Virus record (IMG/VR): IMGVR_UViG_3300012953_000013 | Coordinates: 32,001 to 96,000 of that record | Strand: one strand, 5' to 3' | DNA length: 64,000 nucleotides | From: a virus | In this document: positions 9,060 to 18,187 of the stretch, piece after piece | Position numbering within the stretch: position 1 is the first letter of the stretch | How the letters are laid out: every line of letters starts with the position of its first letter | Position numbers and translations under genes: made by a program | The notes under the pieces: generated by a model | The model's database searches: none | Seen by the model: only the letters and a program-made list of their open reading frames with translations | What the model was told of the DNA's origin: nothing

Positions 9060-9384
9060 TTTTTAGCCTCTCTTCGATAGATTTACGAATCTCTTCGTGG
9101 ACAAGTCTTCGACGAGCCCTCTTTTGTTTTGAAGTTGGTTTTGGTGAGCCAATACCATAAACTTTCTTCCATCCTTCAGTGGGACGTTTAGAATCACTCA
9201 GGGCTCTTTTCGAGATTTGCCGAAAGATTTTTCGAAACTTTCTGTTTACTTTTCTCCTCTCTTCGGGAGACATCTTTGATAGCATTTCTTCGAAATTTTC
9301 AATACTTTCCGGAGCAAATCCATTAACTGGAATCAATCCGGTCTCAAGATACTCAAGAAAAATCAAAGTTTCACGCAAGGCCAA
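9052..9384 (-). CDS. Hypothetical protein
   Basis: Basic 110-aa ORF; AAGGAG RBS and upstream promoter. Confidence 0.65.
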   Translation of the reverse strand: MALRETLIFLEYLETGLIPVNGFAPESIENFEEMLSKMSPEERRKVNRKFRKIFRQISKRALSDSKRPTEGWKKVYGIGSPKPTSKQKRARRRLVHEEIRKSIEERLKNA

Positions 9385-9398
9385 CTCCTTATAGTACT

Positions 9399-9427
9399 AT
9401 TATACCATACTACGAGCTTTTTTTCAC
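9399..9427 (-). promoter_or_regulatory. Sigma70-like promoter
   Basis: GTGAAA-17 nt-TATAAT with an extended TG. Confidence 0.65.
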
Positions 9428-9736
9428 AGTTCTTCCGCGTTTTCTTTTTTTATTTAAGGTGTTTGGTTTGGGGTTTCTTGGTTTTTTTATTATACATCTG
9501 TCAAAAACAAAAGTTTTGTCTCCAGCAGATTCAAAAGGAATTTGCCAGTTTTTTCTTAAGTAATCTGCTTCTTCTTGGAAGACTAGCTCTGCCATCCAGC
9601 CAGAGTATCCGGGCCAATCAAAATTATTGCCCCTTGAAGGTTTAACAAAAACCCTCTCAATCAATCTTACATGAATATGGGGAATCGCGTCTCCAGCAGG
9701 AGATTTCACCAGCACAACATCGCCAGCTTTTTTCAT
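9410..9736 (-). CDS. Hypothetical protein
   Basis: 108-aa ORF with a basic tail. Confidence 0.65.
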   Translation of the reverse strand: MKKAGDVVLVKSPAGDAIPHIHVRLIERVFVKPSRGNNFDWPGYSGWMAELVFQEEADYLRKNWQIPFESAGDKTFVFDRCIIKKPRNPKPNTLNKKRKRGRTVKKSS

Positions 9737-9739
9737 TAA

Positions 9740-10750
9740 TTATGTGTTAACCCAATCAGACTGAGTGTTGATTCTCTTATTAAACCTTTTGTAGAGTTCT
9801 TCTGCTTTAGAAGAATCTCCGGCAACGGAATCGTCTATAAGATCTAATAAATCTTCAGCTTCTTCCGAGGAAAAGAAAGCCCGAAAACCTGAAGGAAGAC
9901 TCGAAACACTTTCTAAATAATTTGTCATATCAACTAGTAGTCTATCTTGCGGATCTGCTGCTAATACTCTGGATTTTATTTCTGTTTTACTAACTCCACC
10001 CCTGCCGCTAAACATCGCGTAGAGAGGTGACTGAAGTCTTTGAACAGACGAATAATCTGGGTTTGGAATCTTGAAGACTCTATCTGGAGTTTGAACCATT
10101 AAACCCTCTATTGGGCCGCCAAGAAGACTTTGGTCTACAGAATAAGCTATAATACTAGAAACTAAAGATCCGTAATCTTTAAGTTCAGACCTTTTAAGCT
10201 TTCCAGAACTAAGATTTGTTTTTGCGTCTTCTAAAAGCTCAATATCTTCTGGAGAAAGTTCAAAAGAATCATGGGAAATTTCTTCTAAAGAAACAAACCT
10301 GATTCCATCTTGAGATTGATTCAGCATATTTGTTTCCTCTGCTGTCAACTCTCCAGTATACTCTATAGCAGCCGGTTGGTCACCAATCAAGTAGTTTATA
10401 TAGTCTGGTCTTGAAACCGCGTCTATAAATTCAAAAGCAAACCGTCTAGAAGAAACAGGCGTCTCTAAAGCTGATAGTGCTGTCGTTATTTGTTTTGCTT
10501 TTCCTCTAGGTTCTCCCCATGAGCTTCCAGCTTCTCTACCGCTTTTTGTCTTAGAAGAAAAAGAGCCAGTGTCAGAGCCGTGAAGTATCTCTGAATGGCT
10601 TCCAGCGAATTTTTCTGAAAAATCAAAAACGCCCTCTCCAGTCAAAACATAGTTTATAAGATCTATTATCTCTTGTTGAGAAAGATCTCCAGGTTGTTTT
10701 GTACGAGCCTCTTTGATGACTTGCTTTATTAATTTTCTCAGCTCTTTCAT
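9740..10750 (-). CDS. Hypothetical protein with ligase-like EG...FKI motif and N-terminal LRKLIKQVIKE motif
   Basis: GPIEGLMV...RVFKI resembles nucleotidyltransferase motifs IV-V; coupled to the HIGH-family gene (ATGA overlap). Confidence 0.55.
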   Translation of the reverse strand: MKELRKLIKQVIKEARTKQPGDLSQQEIIDLINYVLTGEGVFDFSEKFAGSHSEILHGSDTGSFSSKTKSGREAGSSWGEPRGKAKQITTALSALETPVSSRRFAFEFIDAVSRPDYINYLIGDQPAAIEYTGELTAEETNMLNQSQDGIRFVSLEEISHDSFELSPEDIELLEDAKTNLSSGKLKRSELKDYGSLVSSIIAYSVDQSLLGGPIEGLMVQTPDRVFKIPNPDYSSVQRLQSPLYAMFSGRGGVSKTEIKSRVLAADPQDRLLVDMTNYLESVSSLPSGFRAFFSSEEAEDLLDLIDDSVAGDSSKAEELYKRFNKRINTQSDWVNT

Positions 10751-11352
10751 TCTAACACCGCAAAAATAAAGTCTCTAACTAAATCTTCACTCAAGTTAGA
10801 TCTTAAAATATTATAGATATTTTCTCCATTAACACCAGGAGGCATGTAGCTAGAAAATTTTTCCAAGTTGCCAACTTCTAAATAGTGGCGCAGTTTTCCA
10901 CCACTTACGTTGGGGGTGCCTTCTCCACGAGTGAACCTACCAGGATCTTCTTCGGCAGCAAAAATTACCCTACCTAAACTGCACATGGGCTCCATGTACT
11001 TTTCTCTAGAGACTTCAGGGTAATTTTGGGACGTATCTTCAGGATCTGAATAAACTGTATAGATATCGTTTTCATCACCGGTTGAACATGCTTGTTCAAT
11101 AGCTTGGTAAACTTTTCTTACGGGAGACCCTCCATATTCAATGCTGACGTTTGAGGGCATTATTGCTTCAAGCTCTTCACTCCATATTCTCTGCATAGCG
11201 CTCCCAAGAACAGGAAACTCACCCTCTCTTTTTCTGTCTGAAGTAGAAACAAACAAAATTACTTGATCATTTTCTTCAGACGCTATCATTACTAGAGAAT
11301 GGTGACCAACATGATATGGTTTCGCTGATACTGGAACTAGACCGATTCGCAT
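10747..11352 (-). CDS. HIGH-superfamily nucleotidyltransferase (cytidylyl/adenylyltransferase-like)
   Basis: KPYHVGH motif; C-terminal VSGGKLR..L. Confidence 0.75.
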   Translation of the reverse strand: MRIGLVPVSAKPYHVGHHSLVMIASEENDQVILFVSTSDRKREGEFPVLGSAMQRIWSEELEAIMPSNVSIEYGGSPVRKVYQAIEQACSTGDENDIYTVYSDPEDTSQNYPEVSREKYMEPMCSLGRVIFAAEEDPGRFTRGEGTPNVSGGKLRHYLEVGNLEKFSSYMPPGVNGENIYNILRSNLSEDLVRDFIFAVLE

Positions 11353-11718
11353 TTAGAACTCCCAAAAGATTTTTTAATTACAACTAAATATATAGCAGAG
11401 CTTACAATTATGCTAACAACGACCTGCTCGATTATTCTCACTGCTCGGCTAGGTTTTCTAAGATATTTCTTTTTTCTTCTCAAACACAAAGATCACCTCT
11501 GGCATTTACAATTACAATTAGTTAACAGCGAATTTTTTGGTGGTAAATCATGAGATTGAACCCACCACCAAACAAAAATTGCTAACACTAAAGAGATCAA
11601 TGCTAGTAAAGGACTTTGCGGGATTAAAGAATGTAAGTGAAACGACTTTTTTCTTTTTTCTCGCATGTTGATCTCTTGTTTTATGCATAAGAGATTATAT
11701 TAAAAAACCAAGCTTTTT

Positions 11719-12186
11719 TCAAGAAGTAGCAACAAATAATTCTAAATCTACAGCTTCAGAATTTGCCTTGGCTTTTAAAGAAGTAAAATCGACGTATGAG
11801 TCGAAAGCACTTCCTGCAGCAGATCCAGAAATTTTAGCATTACTAAAAATAAAAGACTGCCCAGCATCTAGCCTCACATCGTAACGATTGAAATCTTCTG
11901 GAGTATTTGAGGAAGAAACAAAAGAAAGCCTAACCCAATTAGAGTTGTCTAAGTTAGTGACTCTTCCGTATTTAACACTATCAATACCAAAAGTTCCAGG
12001 GCCTACACTACCCGAAAGCTGTAGAAGCGTAGTCGTATCTGCTATCGGAACTGAAACAATTCTTTGAGACACGTCAGCCACGCCTTTTATTTTGATTTCG
12101 TTTCTATTACCGAAATCTTGATTATTTATTTTTACTTCTTCGCGGAGAACTACTGTTAAAGTTCCCGGATTAATTTTTGATCCCAT
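11719..12186 (-). CDS. Hypothetical beta-rich protein (possible virion protein)
   Basis: 155 aa; GGGAG RBS; preceded by AATAATTA. Confidence 0.6.
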   Translation of the reverse strand: MGSKINPGTLTVVLREEVKINNQDFGNRNEIKIKGVADVSQRIVSVPIADTTTLLQLSGSVGPGTFGIDSVKYGRVTNLDNSNWVRLSFVSSSNTPEDFNRYDVRLDAGQSFIFSNAKISGSAAGSAFDSYVDFTSLKAKANSEAVDLELFVATS

Positions 12187-12210
12187 ATGAAAACTCCCTA
12201 CTTTTTCTAA

Positions 12211-13056
12211 TTATTCAGGAGAGAATCTATATTTCGGCTCTATTTCAAACATTTGCGGTTCTACAGAATCATCAAGAGTTTTTAACCATTCTATTTCTTC
12301 AGAAGCAGCTTCTGGATTATTAAACGCTTTCCACCAACATGTTACATTTGGATCCCATCGATACCTTCTTTTCTTAAGCTCTGAATTTTTATCTCTAGGG
12401 CTTCCCATTGCAAAAACTCGATAGTCTGGACTGGATGCGGTTTCAACCAATTCTTGAATTTTATTATTTTTTCTCAGAACATGAATCATAGCATCAACGT
12501 CATTTGCTGCTTGGTGGGAGTCATACCAGAAACCCGTCCAAGCACACAAAACTTCTAAAGCTCTAGATGGACGGCAAAACCCTCTCCAGAATACTTGATT
12601 CATGGAGCAAGCCCAAACGCTTTCAGTGTTTTTAAGAGAAGCCCTGTTTAACTCTTTTTCAATAAAGCCTCTGTCAAAACTCGCGTTGTGACACACTACA
12701 AAATCTGCTCTATTAAGAGTTGAGTGAACCCAATTCCAGTCTATAGATTCTCCTGATACATCTTCATCAGAAATATTTGTTAAAGACTTAATTTCTTCAC
12801 TTAGAGGAAAACCGGGATCATTATAGTATGTTTTGCTTTTTGCTATAGCAGAAAACCCAAAGGTATTTCTATTGACTAAAGCAGGCCTGATGCAAATTTG
12901 AATCACTCTATCTACTTCAGCGTTCAATCCAGTAGTTTCAACGTCCAAAAAAACTACCATATAATCATCTTCGCTTCTCTCACAAGAAGGAGGATCTAGT
13001 TTTTCAAACTTATGAATCGTTACTGTTTTTTCGCCTTCAACCGCTAAATGCTTCAA
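12211..13056 (-). CDS. DEDDh 3'-5' exonuclease (DNA Pol III epsilon-like)
   Basis: LDVETTG, HNASFD and HQAANDV (Exo I-III). Confidence 0.9.
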   Translation of the reverse strand: MKHLAVEGEKTVTIHKFEKLDPPSCERSEDDYMVVFLDVETTGLNAEVDRVIQICIRPALVNRNTFGFSAIAKSKTYYNDPGFPLSEEIKSLTNISDEDVSGESIDWNWVHSTLNRADFVVCHNASFDRGFIEKELNRASLKNTESVWACSMNQVFWRGFCRPSRALEVLCAWTGFWYDSHQAANDVDAMIHVLRKNNKIQELVETASSPDYRVFAMGSPRDKNSELKKRRYRWDPNVTCWWKAFNNPEAASEEIEWLKTLDDSVEPQMFEIEPKYRFSPE

Positions 13057-13340
13057 TTTTCATACTCCTCGTCTAGTCTAGCTTGTTCTTTAATCCCCAT
13101 CAGTAGTGATTGTTCGAGCAAGCTAAAAAGCTGTTCTCTGTTATATTCTGAAATGTATTCTTGGCCGTCGCAAAATCTTTTCAAATTTTCAGTTAGAGAA
13201 GAATCTAAATCAATTAAAATATTGTTCAAATTCTCTACTAGCATATCTACTTTTTCGTCATCCCAATCACAAGCTTCTAAAATAGCAGTTTCGTTGTGAA
13301 GCATCGATATTTGTGACATCAAATATTGTATGGGATTCAT
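13053..13340 (-). CDS. Hypothetical protein
   Basis: 95-aa acidic ORF overlapping the exonuclease start. Confidence 0.6.
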   Translation of the reverse strand: MNPIQYLMSQISMLHNETAILEACDWDDEKVDMLVENLNNILIDLDSSLTENLKRFCDGQEYISEYNREQLFSLLEQSLLMGIKEQARLDEEYEN

Positions 13341-13342
13341 TT

Positions 13343-13540
13343 TTACTCATGCAGCGGCATTAAAAGGTTAATCGATATTGTTGTTTCAGTTCCATCATCA
13401 AACTTGATGTGGGCTTCTGTTTTAAGGTCAGAAGTTCCGCCAACAAACCAAGCTTTTGGCTTTTCTCTATGTAAGGAGAGAACTGTGGCTTTTACCCTCA
13501 TGTCGCTAAAAAGCGTTACTCTATCACCTGGTTTAATCAT
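13343..13540 (-). CDS. Small hypothetical protein (SH3-like pattern)
   Basis: KPGDRV...ATV...AHIKFDDG. Confidence 0.6.
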   Translation of the reverse strand: MIKPGDRVTLFSDMRVKATVLSLHREKPKAWFVGGTSDLKTEAHIKFDDGTETTISINLLMPLHE

Positions 13541-13582
13541 ATTAATATCCTATAAGTTATTTTAAGTTTGTACAAGAAATTG

Positions 13583-14443
13583 TCAAAAGATACTCAAATA
13601 TCTTTCTCCGCGGTCGCACAACATGGTGACTACAGACTTGCTTGGCTTGTTTTCTTTAACCCACCTTTCACTGGCAAGTATGTTTGCTCCGCTACTAATA
13701 CCAACGAGAATCCCTGTTTCTCGAGAGAATTTTTTTGCTCTGTCGATTGCGTCTTGAGTTTTTACCACTAAGACTTCGTTCATGTCTTCAGCTTTTGCTA
13801 AGAAATCTTTTCCATCACTTATTCCTTGAATTCCATGAGGAGATTCTGCAGGTACTACCATGCATATTTTAGTGTCTGGACACTCTCCATAGATGTTTCT
13901 CTGAACATATTGGCGTACACCTTCAATAGTTCCCCCGGTGCCAGAACCATGAATAAACGCTCCCCACTCTTCACCTAAGTTCTCTAGTTGGCAACTTATT
14001 TCTCTAGCTGTAATTGTTCTATGACACTCTATATTATCAGGGTTACTAAACTGGTCAGGACTCCAAGCATTTAAGTTTGATTTCATAAAATCATCCCGCA
14101 TTTCGATCGCTTTTTCAAAATCGCTGGGCGGGGCATCGATTATTTTAGCACCATAAGATTTCATCATTTGACGACGTTCTTCTGACATATTGCTCGGCAT
14201 AAATATATAACACTTTAATCCAAGAGAAGCAGCTATAGCACTAAGAGCAATTCCCGTATTTCCGCTAGTTGCTTCGCAGAGCACAGTATTTTCTCTTATT
14301 TCACCATAGTGCTGGGCTTTCTTTACGACATAGAAAACCATCCTGTCTTTCACAGAACCTGTAGGGTTATATGTTTCTAACTTAGCATAAATCTTATCTG
14401 AAATTTTTATGAGAGGCGTATTGCCCGTAATCTTCTCAAACAT
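13583..14443 (-). CDS. cysK: Cysteine synthase (PLP-dependent, CysK/CysM family)
   Basis: AKLE..NPTGSVKDR (PLP lysine), EATSGNTG, GSGTGGT, GISSG, CDRGERYLS. Confidence 0.92.
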   Translation of the reverse strand: MFEKITGNTPLIKISDKIYAKLETYNPTGSVKDRMVFYVVKKAQHYGEIRENTVLCEATSGNTGIALSAIAASLGLKCYIFMPSNMSEERRQMMKSYGAKIIDAPPSDFEKAIEMRDDFMKSNLNAWSPDQFSNPDNIECHRTITAREISCQLENLGEEWGAFIHGSGTGGTIEGVRQYVQRNIYGECPDTKICMVVPAESPHGIQGISDGKDFLAKAEDMNEVLVVKTQDAIDRAKKFSRETGILVGISSGANILASERWVKENKPSKSVVTMLCDRGERYLSIF

Positions 14444-14513
14444 TATTCCCTCATTCTGGTATTTTAATTCAGTGTATAGATGATTGTATGAATTAAACAG
14501 CAGAAGTTAAGAG

Positions 14514-15098
14514 CTAATTTTGAGTGTCAGCAATTTCTGAATCGATAGCTTCTTGAATGGCTTTTTCTAAAGCCGCTGAGCTCCAACCCCTTATTATTTC
14601 TACAATCACTAAATCGCTATTCAGTATATAAAAAGTCGGAAAACCCGTAATATTCCAGTATTCAGAAACTATCATATCTCTGTTTCCAGCAAGAACGGGC
14701 GCGGTGATGTTATAATGGGTACACCATCTTTCCTGAGCTTGAAGTGTTGGTGGAGAGTTTCCAGCCATATCTTCAATTAAAACAGTTACGTAAGAAAAGG
14801 GAGTATCTTTTGATATTTCATCTTGGGTTGCTTGGGTTTCTTCAGCAGCTACATGGCAATATCCACACCACTCAGTAGCAAAGTCTAAAACTATAACTTC
14901 GCCATAATGGGAATATAAATTCCAGTCTTTACCGTTTTGATCTTGGAGCGTGAAATCGCAAGCATGATCACCAACTTCGAAACCACATTCTGTCCAGTGG
15001 ATTGGATCTGGTTGGCTTGTCTCTTCATCTACTGATTTTGATCCACAGCCTGGCGAACAGCCAAAAAGAATCATTGATAATATCAGAAAACGAATCAT
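14514..15098 (-). CDS. TlpA/redoxin-family thioredoxin-fold lipoprotein
   Basis: Lipobox LFG-C; DFTLQDQNG; ATEWCGYC (CxxC); GFPT (cis-Pro). Confidence 0.88.
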   Translation of the reverse strand: MIRFLILSMILFGCSPGCGSKSVDEETSQPDPIHWTECGFEVGDHACDFTLQDQNGKDWNLYSHYGEVIVLDFATEWCGYCHVAAEETQATQDEISKDTPFSYVTVLIEDMAGNSPPTLQAQERWCTHYNITAPVLAGNRDMIVSEYWNITGFPTFYILNSDLVIVEIIRGWSSAALEKAIQEAIDSEIADTQN

Positions 15099-15137
15099 TG
15101 CGTAATACCGCCCAGTAAAGCTAAGTATTACGCAATG
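15096..15137. repeat. Perfect 13-bp inverted repeat covering the TlpA start codon
   Basis: CATTGCGTAATAC-16 nt-GTATTACGCAATG. Confidence 0.85.
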
Positions 15138-15156
15138 AGGTTTTGTAGACTAAATT

Positions 15157-17028
15157 TTAAGAATCAGAAACGTCTTCGAATTCTGCATCCACCACGTCAT
15201 CATTAGGCGGAGGGTTAGATTCTGAAGTTTGAGCACTTGAAGCATTGTATAATTCTGAGCTCAGTGCATGGAGCTTAGATTCTAGATTTTCAAATGCCGT
15301 CTTCAAATCTTCTCCTGACTCTAAAGCTGATCTTCCCTCTTCTAGAGCTTGGTTAATAGAAGACATTGTCTCTTCAGAAACATTTTCTTTATTTTCATCA
15401 ACCATCTTTTGAGTCTGGTAAATCAAAGAATCAAGCTTGTTTTTAGCTTCAACTTGTTCAAACTTTAGCTTATCTTCTTCTGCTGCTGCTTCTGCATCAG
15501 CAACCATGGATTCAATATCCTTATCAGATAATCCTCCCTGCCCTTCAATTCTAATGCTTTGTTCTTTTCCTGTAGCCTTATCTTTAGCAGCAACACTTAA
15601 AATTCCATTTGCGTCTAGATCGAAAGTAACCTCAATTTGAGGAATACCTCTAGGAGCGGGTGGAATGCCTGAAAGCTGAAACTTTCCGAGGGTTCTGTTG
15701 TCTTTAGAGAATTTTCTTTCTCCTTGAAGAACATGAATATCGACAGCAGATTGATTATCTGCAGCGGTACTAAACACCTCTGTTTTTGCTGTTGGAATAG
15801 TTGAATTTCTTTGAATTAAAACTGTATTCACACCGCCAATGGTTTCGATTCCCAAAGATAGCGGTGTTACGTCTAGCAAGAGGATGTCCGTAACATGTCC
15901 AGAAAACACCCCGCCCTGAACTGCTGCTCCAAGTGCGACTACCTCATCAGGATTAACTGAAGAGTTTGCTTCTTTTCCAAAAAAATCTTCAACAGCTTTA
16001 CGAACAGCGGGAATTCTAGTAGAACCACCCACTAGAATTACTTCATCAATATCACCTTTAGATAGGCTGGCATCTTTCAAAGCATTTTTAACTGGAACAA
16101 GAGTTTTTTGAACAAAGGAATCAATCATTTGTTCAAACTTAGCGCGAGTTAAAGAGTGAACAAGGTGCTTTGGACCACTAGCGTCTGCAGTAATAAAAGG
16201 AAGATTAATATCAGACTTCTGCGCAGAAGACAGCTCAATCTTCGTTCTTTCAGCGGCTTCCTTTACTCTTTGAAGTACAATTGCATCGCCAGAAATATCA
16301 ATCCCGGTGTCTTTCTTAAACACAGACATTAGGTGCTCAATCAAAATTTGATCGACATCATCGCCACCTAAGTGGGTATCGCCATTCGTGCTTAAAACTT
16401 CAATAACCCCATCAGCAATTTCTAGAATAGAGATATCGAAAGTACCACCACCGAGGTCAAAAACAGCTACTTTTTGCTCTTTTGATTTGTCCATCCCATA
16501 AGCAAGAGCAGCGGCTGTTGGTTCGTTAATAATTCTCTTGACGTCTAGACCCGCAATCTTTCCAGCGTCTTTTGTGGCCTGTCGCTGAGCGTCATTGAAG
16601 TACGCAGGTACAGTAATTACTGCTTCGGTTACTTCTTGACCCAAGTATTTTTCAGCTTCTCTCTTAAGCTTCATCAAAACTTGAGCTGAGATTTCTTGAG
16701 GGGATAACTTTTTGTCGCCAACAATAATCCGGCAATCTCCCGACTCACCCCCAACAATCTTATAAGGAACCTTAGAAAGTTCTTCTTTTGCTTCGTTAAA
16801 GCGCATTCCCATGAATCGCTTCACCGAGTAAATTGTTGTCTCTGGATTTACAACTGATTGTCTTCGCGCAGAAGCTCCAACTAACCTATCTCCATCTTTG
16901 GTATAAGCGACAACAGATGGGGTAGTTCTGGTACCCTCTTCGTTTGTAATAACTTTTGGATTTTTTGGATCAACAACTGCGACAGCAGAATTAGTAGTAC
17001 CCAAGTCAATTCCGATAACTTTTCCCAT
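15157..17028 (-). CDS. dnaK: Chaperone DnaK (Hsp70)
   Basis: [40 protein letters not shown]; full length, 623 aa. Confidence 0.98.
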   Translation of the reverse strand: MGKVIGIDLGTTNSAVAVVDPKNPKVITNEEGTRTTPSVVAYTKDGDRLVGASARRQSVVNPETTIYSVKRFMGMRFNEAKEELSKVPYKIVGGESGDCRIIVGDKKLSPQEISAQVLMKLKREAEKYLGQEVTEAVITVPAYFNDAQRQATKDAGKIAGLDVKRIINEPTAAALAYGMDKSKEQKVAVFDLGGGTFDISILEIADGVIEVLSTNGDTHLGGDDVDQILIEHLMSVFKKDTGIDISGDAIVLQRVKEAAERTKIELSSAQKSDINLPFITADASGPKHLVHSLTRAKFEQMIDSFVQKTLVPVKNALKDASLSKGDIDEVILVGGSTRIPAVRKAVEDFFGKEANSSVNPDEVVALGAAVQGGVFSGHVTDILLLDVTPLSLGIETIGGVNTVLIQRNSTIPTAKTEVFSTAADNQSAVDIHVLQGERKFSKDNRTLGKFQLSGIPPAPRGIPQIEVTFDLDANGILSVAAKDKATGKEQSIRIEGQGGLSDKDIESMVADAEAAAEEDKLKFEQVEAKNKLDSLIYQTQKMVDENKENVSEETMSSINQALEEGRSALESGEDLKTAFENLESKLHALSSELYNASSAQTSESNPPPNDDVVDAEFEDVSDS

Positions 17029-17056
17029 TTTAACTCTTCTCCTTTTAGAATTAAAA

Positions 17057-17090
17057 TCTGGCCCGAGATATTACTCGGGCCAGAAATAAA
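17057..17090 (-). terminator. Hairpin/terminator between hsp20 and dnaK
   Basis: Perfect 11-bp stem TCTGGCCCGAG/CTCGGGCCAGA with a short U-run on the minus strand. Confidence 0.75.
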
Positions 17091-17093
17091 TTT

Positions 17094-17528
17094 TTACTGA
17101 ATTTCGATTGAAACTGGCTGAACTTCTGGGCGAGGTGGTACTTCAATTGTAAGAAGACCATTTTCGAACCGAGCGGTAGCAAGAGTCAAGTCTAGGTTAT
17201 TGTCATAATTGACAAAAGTCTTTGTGAAAGACCTGCGAGCAATACGCCGGTCATTGCGACCGTCTTCCCCAGACTCTGCAGAAACTGTGATACTCTTCTT
17301 TTCAGGCGAAATATTCACAGTAAGTTCAGATCGACTAAATCCAGCCAAAGCAAATTCCAAAATAGTGGAACCCTCTTCACCTCGATAGATATCGGCTACT
17401 GGATATCCCTGTGTCGATTGACGAAGATAAGTGGGAAACTCATTTGAGAAAACATCTCCAAAGAGATCCTCAAGAACTGAGCGGCCCAGAAGGCTTGGAC
17501 GATAAGTAGTAAGTTGTCTCGTAGTCAT
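17094..17528 (-). CDS. Small heat-shock protein (Hsp20/alpha-crystallin)
   Basis: YPVADI, EFALAGF, IARRSF and A.FENGLL.I alpha-crystallin motifs. Confidence 0.92.
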   Translation of the reverse strand: MTTRQLTTYRPSLLGRSVLEDLFGDVFSNEFPTYLRQSTQGYPVADIYRGEEGSTILEFALAGFSRSELTVNISPEKKSITVSAESGEDGRNDRRIARRSFTKTFVNYDNNLDLTLATARFENGLLTIEVPPRPEVQPVSIEIQ

Positions 17529-17535
17529 ATTAATT

Positions 17536-17552
17536 CTCCTTTACTAAGCGAG
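17536..17552 (-). promoter_or_regulatory. ROSE-like RNA thermometer hairpin occluding the hsp20 Shine-Dalgarno
   Basis: CUC-G-CUU (AGUA) AAGGAG: UCGCU pairs with AGGA leaving a bulged G, the ROSE hallmark, 7 nt before the AUG. Confidence 0.65.
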
Positions 17553-17679
17553 TGTAATTTACTGAGGCTTCAAGATCCCAAACGGCAATCTTTCCGCCTG
17601 ATTAAAAGATAATCACGGTATCAATAATGTACATTATATAAATTATTTTTTTAGACAATTATCTAAAATACAAAGAAAT

Positions 17680-17759
17680 GAGGCACCTATTCACTGGTCC
17701 TCGCAGAATCAAGTTAAGAAACCGCGTCTCGGTCGTATGTCCCGTGCCTCCCTGCGGAC
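17680..17759. ncRNA. Candidate structured RNA element (pseudoknot)
   Basis: Interleaved stems GAGGCAC/GTGCCTC and GTCC(TC)GCAG/CTGCGGAC plus an internal AACCG/CGGTC hairpin in AT-rich intergenic DNA. Confidence 0.4.
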
Positions 17760-17770
17760 TCACGACTTAA

Positions 17771-18019
17771 TTATAGGCGATTCTTAATAATATCACCCAA
17801 ATCTAAACCATGGTTATTACCGCGCTCTACAAAAGCATAAAGCTTTTCAGCCACAATAATAACATCTTCGGTTGCATAGGGATTAACCGGCTGTCGGTCA
17901 ACTTCTTCTTTAAAATGCTCGTTCTCAAACTGACGAGCACCACGGCTTTCTAAGATACCAATTGCCATACCCAATAGGTCGGCGCGGATGGCATACCCGC
18001 TCTTCTTTGAATCACTCAT
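17771..18019 (-). CDS. Hypothetical protein
   Basis: AAGGAG RBS, CA-rich leader, upstream promoter. Confidence 0.75.
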   Translation of the reverse strand: MSDSKKSGYAIRADLLGMAIGILESRGARQFENEHFKEEVDRQPVNPYATEDVIIVAEKLYAFVERGNNHGLDLGDIIKNRL

Positions 18020-18067
18020 TTTATTCTCCTTTATGTGTGTGTGTAAATGAGTTGTGGGTTAATCTCC

Positions 18068-18096
18068 ACTATAGAAGAATATCAATAATTTTGCAA
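18068..18096 (-). promoter_or_regulatory. Sigma70-like promoter
   Basis: TTGCAA-17 nt-TATAGT. Confidence 0.55.
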
Positions 18097-18187
18097 AGAT
18101 AAAATGTCATACTGCGTTTTTGAGATTAAGCCTAACTCAAACAGCTTGTCGATACACTCATTATCTCTAGATAAATGCTTTGAGAAG

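Noticed and set aside
17680-17759. HDV-like ribozyme (contains UCCUCGC) or the 30-aa plus-strand ORF at the same place
   Set aside because: The P1 3' strand does not follow P3, and there is no P4 or J4/2. The ORF has no RBS. Kept only as an unassigned pseudoknot.
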